A DNA stretch of 64,000 nt, taken from positions 128,001-192,000 of the forward strand of contig CAVZZO010000001.1 in assembly GCA_963779755.1 (NCBI GenBank), written 5' to 3'. Origin of the DNA: an uncultured Gemmatimonadales bacterium (lineage in GTDB: Bacteria; Gemmatimonadota; Gemmatimonadetes; Gemmatimonadales; GWC2-71-9). Position numbers and translations under genes: made by a program. Under the pieces are notes generated by a model. It did no database searches. It was not told the DNA's origin and saw only the letters and a program-made list of their open reading frames with translations. The first letter of the stretch is position 1. Each line of letters begins with the position of its first letter. Shown in pieces: positions 27,443 through 36,776 of the stretch.

Positions 27443-29494
27443 GTGTCCGTAACCACCAGCCAGCAGACCCCCCTCGAGCTCAACGCAGATACTACCCTCG
27501 CCTGGCGCTGCATCAATATGGTCCGCACCCTGGCGATGGATGCGGTGCAGCGCGCCGATTCCGGCCACCCGGGAACGCCGATGGCCCTGGCGCCCGCCGC
27601 CTGGGTCCTGTGGACCCGCTTTCTCAAGTTCAACCCGCGCAACCCGGACTGGCCCGACCGCGACCGGTTTATCCTGTCCAACGGGCACGCGTCGATGTTG
27701 TTGTACGCCATGCTCCATCTGACCGGCTACGATCTCTCCATGGACGAGATCCGCAACTTCCGGCAGTGGGGTTCGCGCACACCGGGGCATCCGGAACGGG
27801 GGCATACGCCCGGGGTGGAAGTGACCACCGGGCCCCTGGGCCAGGGGATCGCCAATGCGGTGGGCCTGGCCATCGCCGAACGCATCCTGGCCGACCGCTT
27901 CAACCGGCCGGACCAGACGGTAGTGGATCACCGGGTCTGGGGCTTTGTCAGCGACGGCGATCTCATGGAAGGCATCGGCAGCGAAGCCGGCTCGGTCGCC
28001 GGGTTTCTGCGGCTTGGCAATCTGAATCTGATCTACGACGACAACCACATCACCATCGACGGCCATACCGAGATCACCTTTCGGGAGGATGTGGGTGAGC
28101 GGTTCGAAGCCTACGGCTGGCAGGTGCTGCACGTGGACGATGGCAACGATCTGGAGGCCATTACTCGCGCGCTCGAGGTGGCACGCGATGAGACCGACCG
28201 CCCCACGCTGATCGTGCTGCGCACGATCATCGGCGACCCCGCCCCCACGAAACGCGATACCCCGAGCGCGCACGGCTCTCCCCTCGGCGAAGAGGAAATC
28301 CGCCGCACCAAGGAAATCATGGGCTGGACCGACCCGCCCTTCACCGTTCCGGACGATGTGGCGCGGTTCATGGGCGAGGCGGTGGGCCGGGGGCGGGCGT
28401 TGGAAGACCAGTGGCAGGCGGGTTTCGAGCGTTACCGCGCCCGGTTCCCCCAGCAGGCGGCCGAGTTCGAAAGCTGGATGGAGGGCGGCCTGCCCCGGGG
28501 CTGGGATACCAGCCTGCCTTCGTTCGCTCCCGGCGACGGGCCCCTGGCCACGCGGCAGGCGTCCCAGAAGGTGCTGGATGCCCTGATGCCGGCTATCCCC
28601 AATCTGGTGGGCGGCTCGGCCGACCTGGCCGGCAGCACGGGAACCGTGCTCAAGGACTTTGGCGAGATGGGGCCGGAGTCCACCGGCCGGATCATCCACT
28701 GGGGCGTGCGGGAGCACGTCATGGGTGCGGCATCCAACGGGATCGCCGCGCACGGCGGGCTGCGTCCCTTCGCGGCCACCTTCTTCATCTTCTTCGACTA
28801 CATGAAGCCGGCAGTACGACTCGCGGCCCTGAGCCGGCTGCCGGTCGTCTTCATCGGAACCCACGATTCCATCGGTCTGGGCGAGGATGGGCCCACCCAC
28901 CAGCCCATCGAACAGCTGGCCATGCTGCGAGCCACGCCCAATATCGTGGTCTTCCGGCCGGCCGATGCCGTGGAAACGGTTGAAGGCTGGCGCGCGGCAC
29001 TGCAGCGGACCGACGGCCCCACGGCTCTGGTCCTCACCCGCCAGAAGCTGCCAGTGCTGCCGCGGAGCGGTGCGGAGCCGGCCGAGGGCGCGCGCCGCGG
29101 CGGCTATATCCTCTACGAACCATCCTCCCCTCCCCGGGCGGTAGTGATCGCCACCGGATCGGAAGTGCACGTGGCGCTGGAGGCGGCGGAAGGACTGGCC
29201 CGGGAAGACATCCCCGTTCGAGTGGTGTCTTTGCCGAGCTGGGAGCTGTTCGAGGCCCAGGATCAGGCCTATCGCGACCGGGTCCTGCCGCCGGGGCTGA
29301 CGGCACGAGTCACCATCGAGGCCGCCAGCCCGTTCGGCTGGGAGCGCTACGCCGGCGAGCGCGGAGTCATCATCGCCATGCACCGCTTCGGGGCGTCCGC
29401 CCCGGCCAAGCGGCTGTTTCAGGAATTCGGCTTCACCGCCGGAGCGGTCAGCGAGGCCGTCCGGCGCGTGCTGAAGGGGGATCACCATGCATAA
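27443..29494 (+). CDS. tkt: transketolase
   Basis: SGHPG, DRDRFILSNGH, TGPLGQG, SDGDLMEG, GVREH, GEDGPTHQP; GTG after AGGAG. Confidence 0.95.
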   Translation: MSVTTSQQTPLELNADTTLAWRCINMVRTLAMDAVQRADSGHPGTPMALAPAAWVLWTRFLKFNPRNPDWPDRDRFILSNGHASMLLYAMLHLTGYDLSMDEIRNFRQWGSRTPGHPERGHTPGVEVTTGPLGQGIANAVGLAIAERILADRFNRPDQTVVDHRVWGFVSDGDLMEGIGSEAGSVAGFLRLGNLNLIYDDNHITIDGHTEITFREDVGERFEAYGWQVLHVDDGNDLEAITRALEVARDETDRPTLIVLRTIIGDPAPTKRDTPSAHGSPLGEEEIRRTKEIMGWTDPPFTVPDDVARFMGEAVGRGRALEDQWQAGFERYRARFPQQAAEFESWMEGGLPRGWDTSLPSFAPGDGPLATRQASQKVLDALMPAIPNLVGGSADLAGSTGTVLKDFGEMGPESTGRIIHWGVREHVMGAASNGIAAHGGLRPFAATFFIFFDYMKPAVRLAALSRLPVVFIGTHDSIGLGEDGPTHQPIEQLAMLRATPNIVVFRPADAVETVEGWRAALQRTDGPTALVLTRQKLPVLPRSGAEPAEGARRGGYILYEPSSPPRAVVIATGSEVHVALEAAEGLAREDIPVRVVSLPSWELFEAQDQAYRDRVLPPGLTARVTIEAASPFGWERYAGERGVIIAMHRFGASAPAKRLFQEFGFTAGAVSEAVRRVLKGDHHA

Positions 29495-30581
29495 CAACCC
29501 GCTCGTCCGACTGAGCGAGCTGGGCCAGGCGCCCTGGTACGACTACGTCACCCGCGATCTCATCACCAGCGGCAAGCTGGAGCAGTTGATTCGCGAGGAC
29601 GGGCTCAAGGGCATGACCACCAACCCCACCATCTTCGAGAAGGCGGTGGCGGGGAGCGATCTGTACGACGAAGACATCCGGCGCCTGCACGGCGAGGGCC
29701 GCACCCCCGCGGAGATCTTCGAGGCACTGGCCGTGGAAGACGTCCGCTCGGCCTGCGACGTATTCCGCCCGACCTATGACAGCAGCGGCGGTATTCACGG
29801 CCTGGTATCGCTGGAAGTCTCGCCCCAGCTGGCGAACGATACCGACGGGACCATCGCCGAGGCCCGGCGGCTGTGGAACCGGGTGGACCGGCCCAACCTG
29901 ATGATCAAGATCCCGGGCACCCGGGCGGGCCTGCCGGCCATCGAACAGTGTCTGGCCGATGGCATCAATATCAATATCACGCTGCTGTTCTCGGTGGACC
30001 GCTACCGCCAGGTCATGAGCGCCTATTTTCGCGCGCTGCGGGCCCGGCAGGACGCGGGGCAGCCGCTGGACCGGATCGCCTCGGTGGCGAGTTTCTTCGT
30101 GAGCCGGGTCGACACCAAGGTCGACGGCCTGCTGGACACGATGGGCGAAGGGAAAGCCATCCGCGGCAAGATTGGCATCGCCAACGCCGCCACCGCCTAT
30201 GCCGCCTTCGAGCGGTCGCTCCTGGCGAAGGAGTGGACCTCCCTCAAGGGAGCCCGTCCCCAACGGCCGCTGTGGGCCTCGACCAGTACGAAGGATCCGT
30301 CGCTGCCGGACATTTACTACATCGAGGCCCTGGTGGCGCCCATGACGGTCAACACCATGCCGCCCGACACGTTCGAGGCCTACCGGGATCACGGCCACCC
30401 CGAGCTCCGCATCCACACCATCGAGGCCCACGAACAGCTCAAGACGCTGGAGCGCACCGGCATCTCGCTCGACCGCGTCACCGAAGAGCTGGAAAAGGAA
30501 GGTGTGGAGAAGTTCAGCGCGTCCTACAACTCGCTGCTGGAAAAGATCGGCCAGAAAGCGGAGGCGCTGGTCGGGCGGTAG
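29487..30581 (+). CDS. tal: transaldolase
   Basis: GMTTNPTIF, VSLEVSP, MIKIP Schiff-base Lys, NITLLFS, SFFVSRVD, QRPLWAST. Confidence 0.95.
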   Translation: MHNNPLVRLSELGQAPWYDYVTRDLITSGKLEQLIREDGLKGMTTNPTIFEKAVAGSDLYDEDIRRLHGEGRTPAEIFEALAVEDVRSACDVFRPTYDSSGGIHGLVSLEVSPQLANDTDGTIAEARRLWNRVDRPNLMIKIPGTRAGLPAIEQCLADGININITLLFSVDRYRQVMSAYFRALRARQDAGQPLDRIASVASFFVSRVDTKVDGLLDTMGEGKAIRGKIGIANAATAYAAFERSLLAKEWTSLKGARPQRPLWASTSTKDPSLPDIYYIEALVAPMTVNTMPPDTFEAYRDHGHPELRIHTIEAHEQLKTLERTGISLDRVTEELEKEGVEKFSASYNSLLEKIGQKAEALVGR

Positions 30582-30583
30582 GG

Positions 30584-30655
30584 GGCAGGACGGCAGGACG
30601 GCAGGACGGCAGGACGGCAGGACGGCAGGACGGCAGGACGGCAGGACGGCAGGAC
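30584..30655 (+). repeat. (GGCAGGAC)9 tandem repeat
   Basis: Nine perfect 8-mers beginning 3 nt after the tal stop. Confidence 0.97.
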
Positions 30656-30698
30656 GGAATGTATGCTCCCGTACCGTCGTCCTTGCCGGCGTTCTGCC

Positions 30699-32012
30699 CT
30701 AGTCGATTTCCGGTCCCGGCTCGTGGATCGGTTTGAATTCCATCCCTTCGCTCTTCGCCACCACCATCGAAGTCAGCAGGTCGCCCATCACGTTGGGGAC
30801 GGTCCGCGCCATATCCATGATCCGGTCCACTCCCAGGATCAGCGCGATTCCCTCCCCCGGCACTCCCACCATCTGAAGCACCAGGACGATCAGCGGGATC
30901 GACCCGCTGGGTACGCCGGCGACGCCCACCGCCGTAATGACCGACATGATGACGACCAGGATCTGCGTGCCCAGCGTGAGATGTATGCCGAACACCTGGG
31001 CCAGGAAGATGACCGTCATGCCCTCGAACAGGGCGGTGCCGTTCATGTTCATGGTGGCACCCAGCGGCAGCACGAAGCCGGCCACCTCCCGGGGCACCCC
31101 GAAGTGCTCCTCGGCCGTGCGGATGGTGGTCGGCAGCGTGGCGTTGGAGCTCGAGGTCGAAAAGGCAGTGATCATGAGCGCCCGGCTCCGGCCGAAGAAC
31201 TCGCGCGGCCCCACATTGACCAGCAGCCTGGCCAGCGCCGCCAGCGAGATCAGCAGATGGATGGCAAGCCCGGCCAGCACCATGAGCACGAAGGCGCCGA
31301 GCGAGCGCAGCACGTCGAACCCGAACCGGGCGGTCACGGCGAAAATCAGCCCGAAGACCCCGATGGGCGCCAGCCGCATGGCAAAGCCGATGATCACCAT
31401 GACCGCCTGGCCGATGCCTTCGATCACCTTGATGACCGGCTCCGAGACGGCCTTCGGCAGCGTGGTCAGCGCGATCCCGAAGATCAGGGTGAAGAAGATG
31501 AGGCCCAGCATGTCGCCCCCGGCGGCGGCGGCCACCGGGTTCTTGGGGACGATGCCCACGAAGGTATTGATCCCGAACCCGTTCTGCTTCGCCGCGGCAA
31601 CCTTCTCCGCCCCCTGCGCGCTGTATTGCGCCAGCAGCTCGGTGCGCACCTGGGGTGAAACCAGGAGGCCGGGCTTGACCAGGTTCACCATGATAAGGCC
31701 GAGTACCACCGCCAGCGCCGTGGTAGCCAGGAAGAAGAGCAGCGTCTTCCCCCCGATCCGCCCCACCCGGCCGATATCGCCGATGGACGCCACGCCCAGC
31801 GCGATGGACGTGAAGACCAGCGGGACGACCACCATGAACAGCATCCGCAGGAAAATCTGCCCCGCCGGCTCCGCGATGTTGTTGACGATCCAGAGCAGCC
31901 GCGGGTTCTCGTTCCAGAAGTGGTTGGCCGCGATACCACAGACCGCCCCCAGCGCCAGGCCGAGGAGGATTTTGGTATGCAGGGGGACACGGCGCTGGGC
32001 GACAGCGGACAT
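30699..32012 (-). CDS. dicarboxylate/amino acid:cation symporter (DAACS), NMNGT variant
   Basis: FSTSSSNATLP, GATMNMNGT, GVDRIMDMARTVPNVMGD. Confidence 0.92.
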   Translation of the reverse strand: MSAVAQRRVPLHTKILLGLALGAVCGIAANHFWNENPRLLWIVNNIAEPAGQIFLRMLFMVVVPLVFTSIALGVASIGDIGRVGRIGGKTLLFFLATTALAVVLGLIMVNLVKPGLLVSPQVRTELLAQYSAQGAEKVAAAKQNGFGINTFVGIVPKNPVAAAAGGDMLGLIFFTLIFGIALTTLPKAVSEPVIKVIEGIGQAVMVIIGFAMRLAPIGVFGLIFAVTARFGFDVLRSLGAFVLMVLAGLAIHLLISLAALARLLVNVGPREFFGRSRALMITAFSTSSSNATLPTTIRTAEEHFGVPREVAGFVLPLGATMNMNGTALFEGMTVIFLAQVFGIHLTLGTQILVVIMSVITAVGVAGVPSGSIPLIVLVLQMVGVPGEGIALILGVDRIMDMARTVPNVMGDLLTSMVVAKSEGMEFKPIHEPGPEID

Positions 32013-32156
32013 GGGAGGATTGGGGAATCGGGAGTGGGGAGTGAAGGGGCGTACTAACATCACCGGAGCGGGCCGATCCGGCAAGCGCCGCCGCGTTGTC
32101 AGGTGGTAATGCCGGGGCTAGGCTTCCGGGATCGCTCCTCCAGACCGGACCGGATC

Positions 32157-33497
32157 ATGCGCTGGTATCGTAAACTCCACTGGCAGATCATCATCGGCCT
32201 GCTGCTCGGCGTCGCCTACGGCGTGCTGGCGGCGGCCAGCGGCTGGGGCCGCTTCACCCGCGACTGGATTACTCCGTTCGGGACCATATTCATCAATGCC
32301 CTGAAGCTGATCGCCGTGCCGCTGGTCCTGGCCTCGCTCATCACCGGAGTGGCTTCGCTGAGCGACCTGCGGAAGCTCTCCCGCATCGGCGGCAAGACCA
32401 TCGCCATCTACCTCGGCACCACCGTAGTGGCCGTGACCATCGGCCTGGTGATGGTGAACCTGCTGCAGCCGGGCCACCAGGTGCCCGAGGCCATGCGGGC
32501 CCAGCTGCAGGAGACCTATGCCGGCGCCGCCAGCAGCGGCGAACAGGCGGCCGAGTCAGCCCAGCAACGCGGCCCCCTGCAGATCCTGGTGGATATCGTC
32601 CCCGATAACGCCGTGGGGGCCGCGGGCGACAACCAGCACATGCTGCAGGTGGTCTTTCTCGCCATTCTGATCGGGGTCGGCCTGGTCCAGGTACCCGCCG
32701 AGAAGGGGAAACCGGTTCTGGATTTCTTCGAGAGCGCCAGCGCCATCATCATCCGGCTGGTGGACCTCATCATGCTGATGGCGCCCGTCGGCGTGTTCGC
32801 CCTCATCGCCGGCACCATTACCAGCGTGGCGGGCGACAACCTGGCCCAGATCGTGAACCTCCTGGGAGCCCTGGGGTACTACAGCCTGGCGGTGGTGGCG
32901 GGGCTGCTGATCCACACCCTGGTGACCTACCCCATCCTGCTCCGGACGCTGAGCCCGATGAAACTGAAGACCTTCTTCAGCGGGCTGGCACCGGCCCAGC
33001 TGGTGGCGTTCTCCACCAGCTCGAGCGGGGCGACGCTGCCGGTCACCATGGAGCGCTGCGAAGAGAAGCTGGGCGTATCGGAGGAGGTCTCATCCTTCGT
33101 GCTGCCGCTCGGCGCTACCATCAACATGGACGGCACGGCCCTCTACCAGGCGGTGGCGGCGGTGTTCATCGCCCAGGCGCTCGGCATGCAGCTGGGCATC
33201 GGCGCCCAGCTTACGATCATCCTCACGGCCGTGCTGGCCAGCATCGGCACGGCGGCGGTGCCGGGAGCCGGCATCATCATGCTGGTCATCATCCTGGAGG
33301 CGATCGGCGTCCCCAGCGCCGGCATCGCGCTCATCCTGGGGGTGGACCGGATCCTGGATATGCTCCGGACCGTCACCAACGTGACCGGCGATGCTACTGT
33401 GGCTACCATTGTCGCAGCGTCGGAGGGGCAGTTGCGGGTGCCGGACCTGTCGCCAGATGCCGATCGGATCCGGGTGCGGGGTGGCGCTGGTCGCTAG
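32157..33497 (+). CDS. dicarboxylate/amino acid:cation symporter (DAACS), canonical NMDGT
   Basis: FSTSSSGATLP, GATINMDGT, GVDRILDMLRTVTNVTGD. Confidence 0.93.
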   Translation: MRWYRKLHWQIIIGLLLGVAYGVLAAASGWGRFTRDWITPFGTIFINALKLIAVPLVLASLITGVASLSDLRKLSRIGGKTIAIYLGTTVVAVTIGLVMVNLLQPGHQVPEAMRAQLQETYAGAASSGEQAAESAQQRGPLQILVDIVPDNAVGAAGDNQHMLQVVFLAILIGVGLVQVPAEKGKPVLDFFESASAIIIRLVDLIMLMAPVGVFALIAGTITSVAGDNLAQIVNLLGALGYYSLAVVAGLLIHTLVTYPILLRTLSPMKLKTFFSGLAPAQLVAFSTSSSGATLPVTMERCEEKLGVSEEVSSFVLPLGATINMDGTALYQAVAAVFIAQALGMQLGIGAQLTIILTAVLASIGTAAVPGAGIIMLVIILEAIGVPSAGIALILGVDRILDMLRTVTNVTGDATVATIVAASEGQLRVPDLSPDADRIRVRGGAGR

Positions 33498-33585
33498 TCG
33501 CTAGTCGCTAGTCGTTGGTCGTTGTCGCTAATCGCTGGTCGCTGGATGCTCAGTCCTCAGTTACCAGCCCTCAGTCCTCAATCCT
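33488..33585 (+). repeat. two adjacent heptamer arrays (T[A/G]GTCGC-like, then CTCAGTC-like)
   Basis: tggtcgc tagtcgc tagtcgc tagtcgt tggtcgt ... ctcagtc ctcagtt accagcc ctcagtc ctcaatc. Confidence 0.8.
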
Positions 33586-33604
33586 TGGCCGGAGGCGCAG
33601 TTCT

Positions 33605-34336
33605 ATGCTCAGGAAGCCATACATCCTTCTCGGCTGTGCCATCCTCGCCGGTTCCCGTCTCGCCGCCCAGGATGCTCCCCCCGATCCGCTCAAGGCGTCG
33701 ATCGCGGTGGGGTTCGTGAACACGGCCGGCAATACCGAGATTACCACGCTCAACGTAGAGCAGAAGCTGGATTACCAGCCGGTGGGCTCGCCCTGGCAGG
33801 CGAGCCAGTTTTTCAACATCGTCTATGGCAAGCAATCAGGAACGGAGAACGCCAACCTGCTCAAGACCGGCGCGCGCATCGATTACGGCCTGACCCCACG
33901 CCTGTCGGTGTTTGCCGGCGGCAGCTACGAGCGGAACAAATTTGCCGGCATTTCCCGCCGGTTCGAGGAGCCGGTCGGCCTGGCATTCGCCGTCATCAAG
34001 ACCGACAAACAGGACCTGAGCTTCGAGGGCGGCCTGAACTTCACCCAGCAACGCGACCTGGCGGGCGTGAACAACAACTACACCGCTGCCCGGGCGGCGG
34101 GGAAATACCAGTACTCCTTCAGTGAAAAGTCCAACATCAGCCAGAACGTGGAATTTCTCCCCAACCTGGACACCGGCAAGGACTACCGCATCAACTCGGA
34201 AACGGCCCTCACCGCACCCATCTCCAGCCGCATCTCCATGAAGCTCTCCTACGTCATTCACTTCGACAATCTGCCGGAGCCGGGGTTCAAGAAGACCGAC
34301 CGGATCTTCACATCGGGGTTGCAGGTGGCGCTATAA
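33605..34336 (+). CDS. outer-membrane beta-barrel, DUF481/YdiY-like
   Basis: Signal peptide, GFVNTAGNT, amphipathic beta strands, NSETALTAPI, PGFKKTD. Confidence 0.8.
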   Translation: MLRKPYILLGCAILAGSRLAAQDAPPDPLKASIAVGFVNTAGNTEITTLNVEQKLDYQPVGSPWQASQFFNIVYGKQSGTENANLLKTGARIDYGLTPRLSVFAGGSYERNKFAGISRRFEEPVGLAFAVIKTDKQDLSFEGGLNFTQQRDLAGVNNNYTAARAAGKYQYSFSEKSNISQNVEFLPNLDTGKDYRINSETALTAPISSRISMKLSYVIHFDNLPEPGFKKTDRIFTSGLQVAL

Positions 34337-34411
34337 GACGGCAGGACGGCAGGACGGCAGGACGGCAGGACGGCAGGACGGCAGGACGGCAGGACGGCAG
34401 GACGGCAGGAC
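34337..34411 (+). repeat. GAC(GGCAGGAC)9 tandem repeat
   Basis: Nine perfect 8-mers directly after the stop of the DUF481-like gene. Confidence 0.97.
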
Positions 34412-34430
34412 CAGAATGTAGGATCCAGTT

Positions 34431-34467
34431 CCCCCTTCCCAACAGGGAAGGGGGACAGGGGGTTAGG
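34431..34467. repeat. REP-like palindrome
   Basis: Perfect 10-bp stem CCCCCTTCCC-AACA-GGGAAGGGGG followed by ACAGGGGGTTAGG, between convergent genes. Confidence 0.65.
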
Positions 34468-35289
34468 TCAGAAGGGAGAACCGTGGTCAAATCCCGCCAG
34501 GCCCGCCGCGCGACCCAGCACCTGCTCCGGCGTGGCTCCCGCGGCACGCAGATCGCGGATGCCGGTGTCGCGGTCGGCCTTGCTCAGCTTCTCGCCCGAG
34601 GGCTTGAAGATGAGCGGGTGGTGGAGGTAGCGGGGCGGCTCCTGACGGCCCAGCAGCCGGGCCAGGCGGATTTGCCGGCCGGTCGAGGAGAGCAGGTCCT
34701 CGCCCCGGATCACCAGATCGATCTCCTGCAGCCAGTCGTCCACCGCCACCGCAAACTGGTAGGTCCAGTTCCCCAGGCGGTCGCGGATCAGCAGGTCGCC
34801 GCATTGCAACGCGGGGTCCTGCTCCTGCGGGCCGAGTCGCAGATCCTCAAAGCGTTCCAGTCCGGGCTCCATTCGGACCCGCAAGCTGCGGCTTGGCGCA
34901 TCGTCCAGGTTCCGGTCCCGGCAAGTGCCGGGATAGCGCTGCTCCAGGCCGGACGCATCCCCCGCTTCGCGCGAAATGTCCCTGCGTGAGCAGTCGCAGA
35001 CATACACCAGCCCCCGTCCGGCCAGCCGGTCGGCCTGCGCCTGGTAGAGCGCGCCCCGCTCGCTCTGCCGCACCGGGCCCTCGTCCGGCGCGAAGCCGAG
35101 CCACGCGAGATCCTCCAGCAATGCCTGCTCGAACTCCGGACGGCAGCGCTGGCGATCATGATCCTCGATCCGCAACAGCACCATCGCCCCCCGCGCGCGC
35201 GCATACCCCCACACGTAGATCGCGTTCACCACGTGGCCGAGGTGGAGATACCCCGTGGGCGCGGGGGCGAAGCGGGTGCGGGGAGGCAT
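34468..35289 (-). CDS. gluQ: glutamyl-Q tRNA(Asp) synthetase
   Basis: RFAPAPTGYLHLGH, LRIEDHD, CDC...YPGTC zinc site, IRGEDL, KLSK; no anticodon-binding domain (273 aa). Confidence 0.85.
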   Translation of the reverse strand: MPPRTRFAPAPTGYLHLGHVVNAIYVWGYARARGAMVLLRIEDHDRQRCRPEFEQALLEDLAWLGFAPDEGPVRQSERGALYQAQADRLAGRGLVYVCDCSRRDISREAGDASGLEQRYPGTCRDRNLDDAPSRSLRVRMEPGLERFEDLRLGPQEQDPALQCGDLLIRDRLGNWTYQFAVAVDDWLQEIDLVIRGEDLLSSTGRQIRLARLLGRQEPPRYLHHPLIFKPSGEKLSKADRDTGIRDLRAAGATPEQVLGRAAGLAGFDHGSPF

Positions 35290-35349
35290 GATGGAAGATA
35301 GGAGCCTTGGCAGAAGTCTCTGGATCTCTTTGGATCTTCCGACCACTCT

Positions 35350-35570
35350 GGCAGGTCGAGGGTCGAGCAGCGATACGTGCCGTGCTCAGCCGGGGGCCCG
35401 CGGGCTTCCGAGCTGCCGCGTACTCCAGGCAGGTCGAGGGAGTCGAGGGCTAGCAGCGATGCGCGCCGTGCTCAGCCGGGGTCCCGCAACCTTCAGGTCG
35501 AGAGGGTCGAGCGTCGAGGGGTCGAGGGAAGTGGTCGAGAGAGTCGGGGGGCCGAGAGGGGGCGAGGGAC
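35350..35570 (+). repeat. two 52-60 bp direct repeats plus degenerate GGTCGAG heptamers
   Basis: GGCAGGTCGAGGG...GCAGCGATRCGYGCCGTGCTCAGCCGGGGKCCCGC at 35350-35401 and 35428-35487. Confidence 0.75.
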
Positions 35571-35572
35571 GC

Positions 35573-35627
35573 TTGACAGGATTTCCGACCTATCTTACGA
35601 TATATCGTACGATATGTCCCACGATAT
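35573..35627 (+). promoter_or_regulatory. sigma70 promoter with overlapping PadR-type operator
   Basis: TTGACA (35573-78), 17 bp, TACGAT (35596-601); palindrome TACGATATATCGTA (35596-609); ACGATAT at 35597, 35609, 35621. Confidence 0.8.
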
Positions 35628-35643
35628 AACTGGAGATAAGTCT

Positions 35644-36240
35644 ATGTGCAGCAAGAATAATGACTGGGGGTTCGGGCCCGGGTTCCCCTTTGGAAACGCC
35701 TGGCGGGGAGCCTGGGAGGGCCGCGGCCGGGGAAGCCGGCGGCGGCGGACCCAGATGTTCGAGTCGGGCGAGGTGAAGTTTGTCCTCCTGCGACTCATCC
35801 GGGAAAAACCGCGGCACGGCTACGAGCTCATCCGCGCTCTGGAGGAAAAGATGGGCGGATACTACACGCCCTCGGCCGGCACGGTCTACCCCACGTTGCA
35901 GCTGCTGGAGGACGAAGGCTACGTCCGGGTGGTGGAGACGGAGGGGAAGAAGGTCTATTACATTACGCCCGAAGGCGAAGCCTATCTGGACGAGCATCGC
36001 GACCTGCTGGATGAAATTCTCGACCGGGTGAAGGAAACGGTTCGCGAGTTCACCGGCGGAGGCATCGGCGAGGTGCAGGGCGCGTTCGCCCGCCTGGCGG
36101 CGGTCACCTTCAAGAAGGCCTGGCGGCGCGGCCCGGACGATCCCGCGTTGCAGAAAGTCGCCGAGGTTCTCCGGCGGGCCACGGAAGAGGTTGAAGCCGT
36201 TTGGGCCGTGAGAGACCAGGCGCAGGAAGGCGGTTCGTAA
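35644..36240 (+). CDS. PadR family transcriptional regulator
   Basis: GGAGA RBS; PRHGYELI, YTPSAGTVYPTLQLLEDEG, KKVYYIT. Confidence 0.92.
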   Translation: MCSKNNDWGFGPGFPFGNAWRGAWEGRGRGSRRRRTQMFESGEVKFVLLRLIREKPRHGYELIRALEEKMGGYYTPSAGTVYPTLQLLEDEGYVRVVETEGKKVYYITPEGEAYLDEHRDLLDEILDRVKETVREFTGGGIGEVQGAFARLAAVTFKKAWRRGPDDPALQKVAEVLRRATEEVEAVWAVRDQAQEGGS

Positions 36241-36509
36241 TGTTCTTCTGGAACGGTCCCTGGCTGGTGGTAGCGGTCATCCTCGTCTGGGTGCTCTTCG
36301 GCAGGCGGCGGGGGCGGGGGTACCGCCCCGGGCGCCTCGAGGGTGGCATCGATGACCGCGAGGCCGCCGCGTTGCGCGGGGAACTGAATGAGCAGCGCGA
36401 ATATATTTCCTCGCTGGAAGCGCGAGTGGCGGAGCTGGAGAACCGCCAGGATTTCACCGAGCGGCTGCTGGCGGCTCCGCGGGAGAAGGATCAGCACCAG
36501 GTCATGTAG
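36240..36509 (+). CDS. small single-TM coiled-coil protein
   Basis: TAATG overlap with PadR; N-terminal TM; heptad segment LEARVAELENRQDFTERLL. Confidence 0.75.
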   Translation: MFFWNGPWLVVAVILVWVLFGRRRGRGYRPGRLEGGIDDREAAALRGELNEQREYISSLEARVAELENRQDFTERLLAAPREKDQHQVM

Positions 36510-36559
36510 GGCGGCCCTAAAGGACTTCCTCGCGGCTTTCTATTCGAGGCCGCTCGGTC

Positions 36560-36645
36560 GCAGGACGGCAGGACGGCAGGACGGCAGGACGGCAGGACGG
36601 CAGGACGGCAGGACGGCAGGACGGCAGGACGGCAGGACGGCAGGA
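36560..36645 (+). repeat. (GGCAGGAC) tandem repeat, 9 full and 2 partial units
   Basis: Directly visible. Confidence 0.97.
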
Positions 36646-36776
36646 AAATATTGCTGTCATTGCGCGCCCTCGCAGTGACAGCCAGCGGCAGGCATCCTGC
36701 ATCGGCGCTCCACGCCGTCGCAGCGATAGCCGGGCAAGACGCCGTTCCTCCACCTGAACATCCCCTCCGTACCCTG

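Noticed and set aside
27314..29497. Long N-terminal extension of the CarH-like ORF (1030 aa)
   Set aside because: Antisense to tkt; the real protein begins at the MerR domain near 27313
34468..35289. Glutamyl-tRNA synthetase gltX
   Set aside because: Too short and lacks the anticodon-binding domain, which fits GluQ
30584..36645. CRISPR array from the GGCAGGAC repeats or the 35350-35487 duplication
   Set aside because: Units are contiguous 8-mers without spacers; the longer repeat has only two unequal copies; no cas genes are present
36388..36753. Small ORFs with RTAGRQDG or CRPAVLPS peptide repeats (also near 30502 and 34308)
   Set aside because: They are translations of the intergenic 8-mer arrays, with no RBS or coding context
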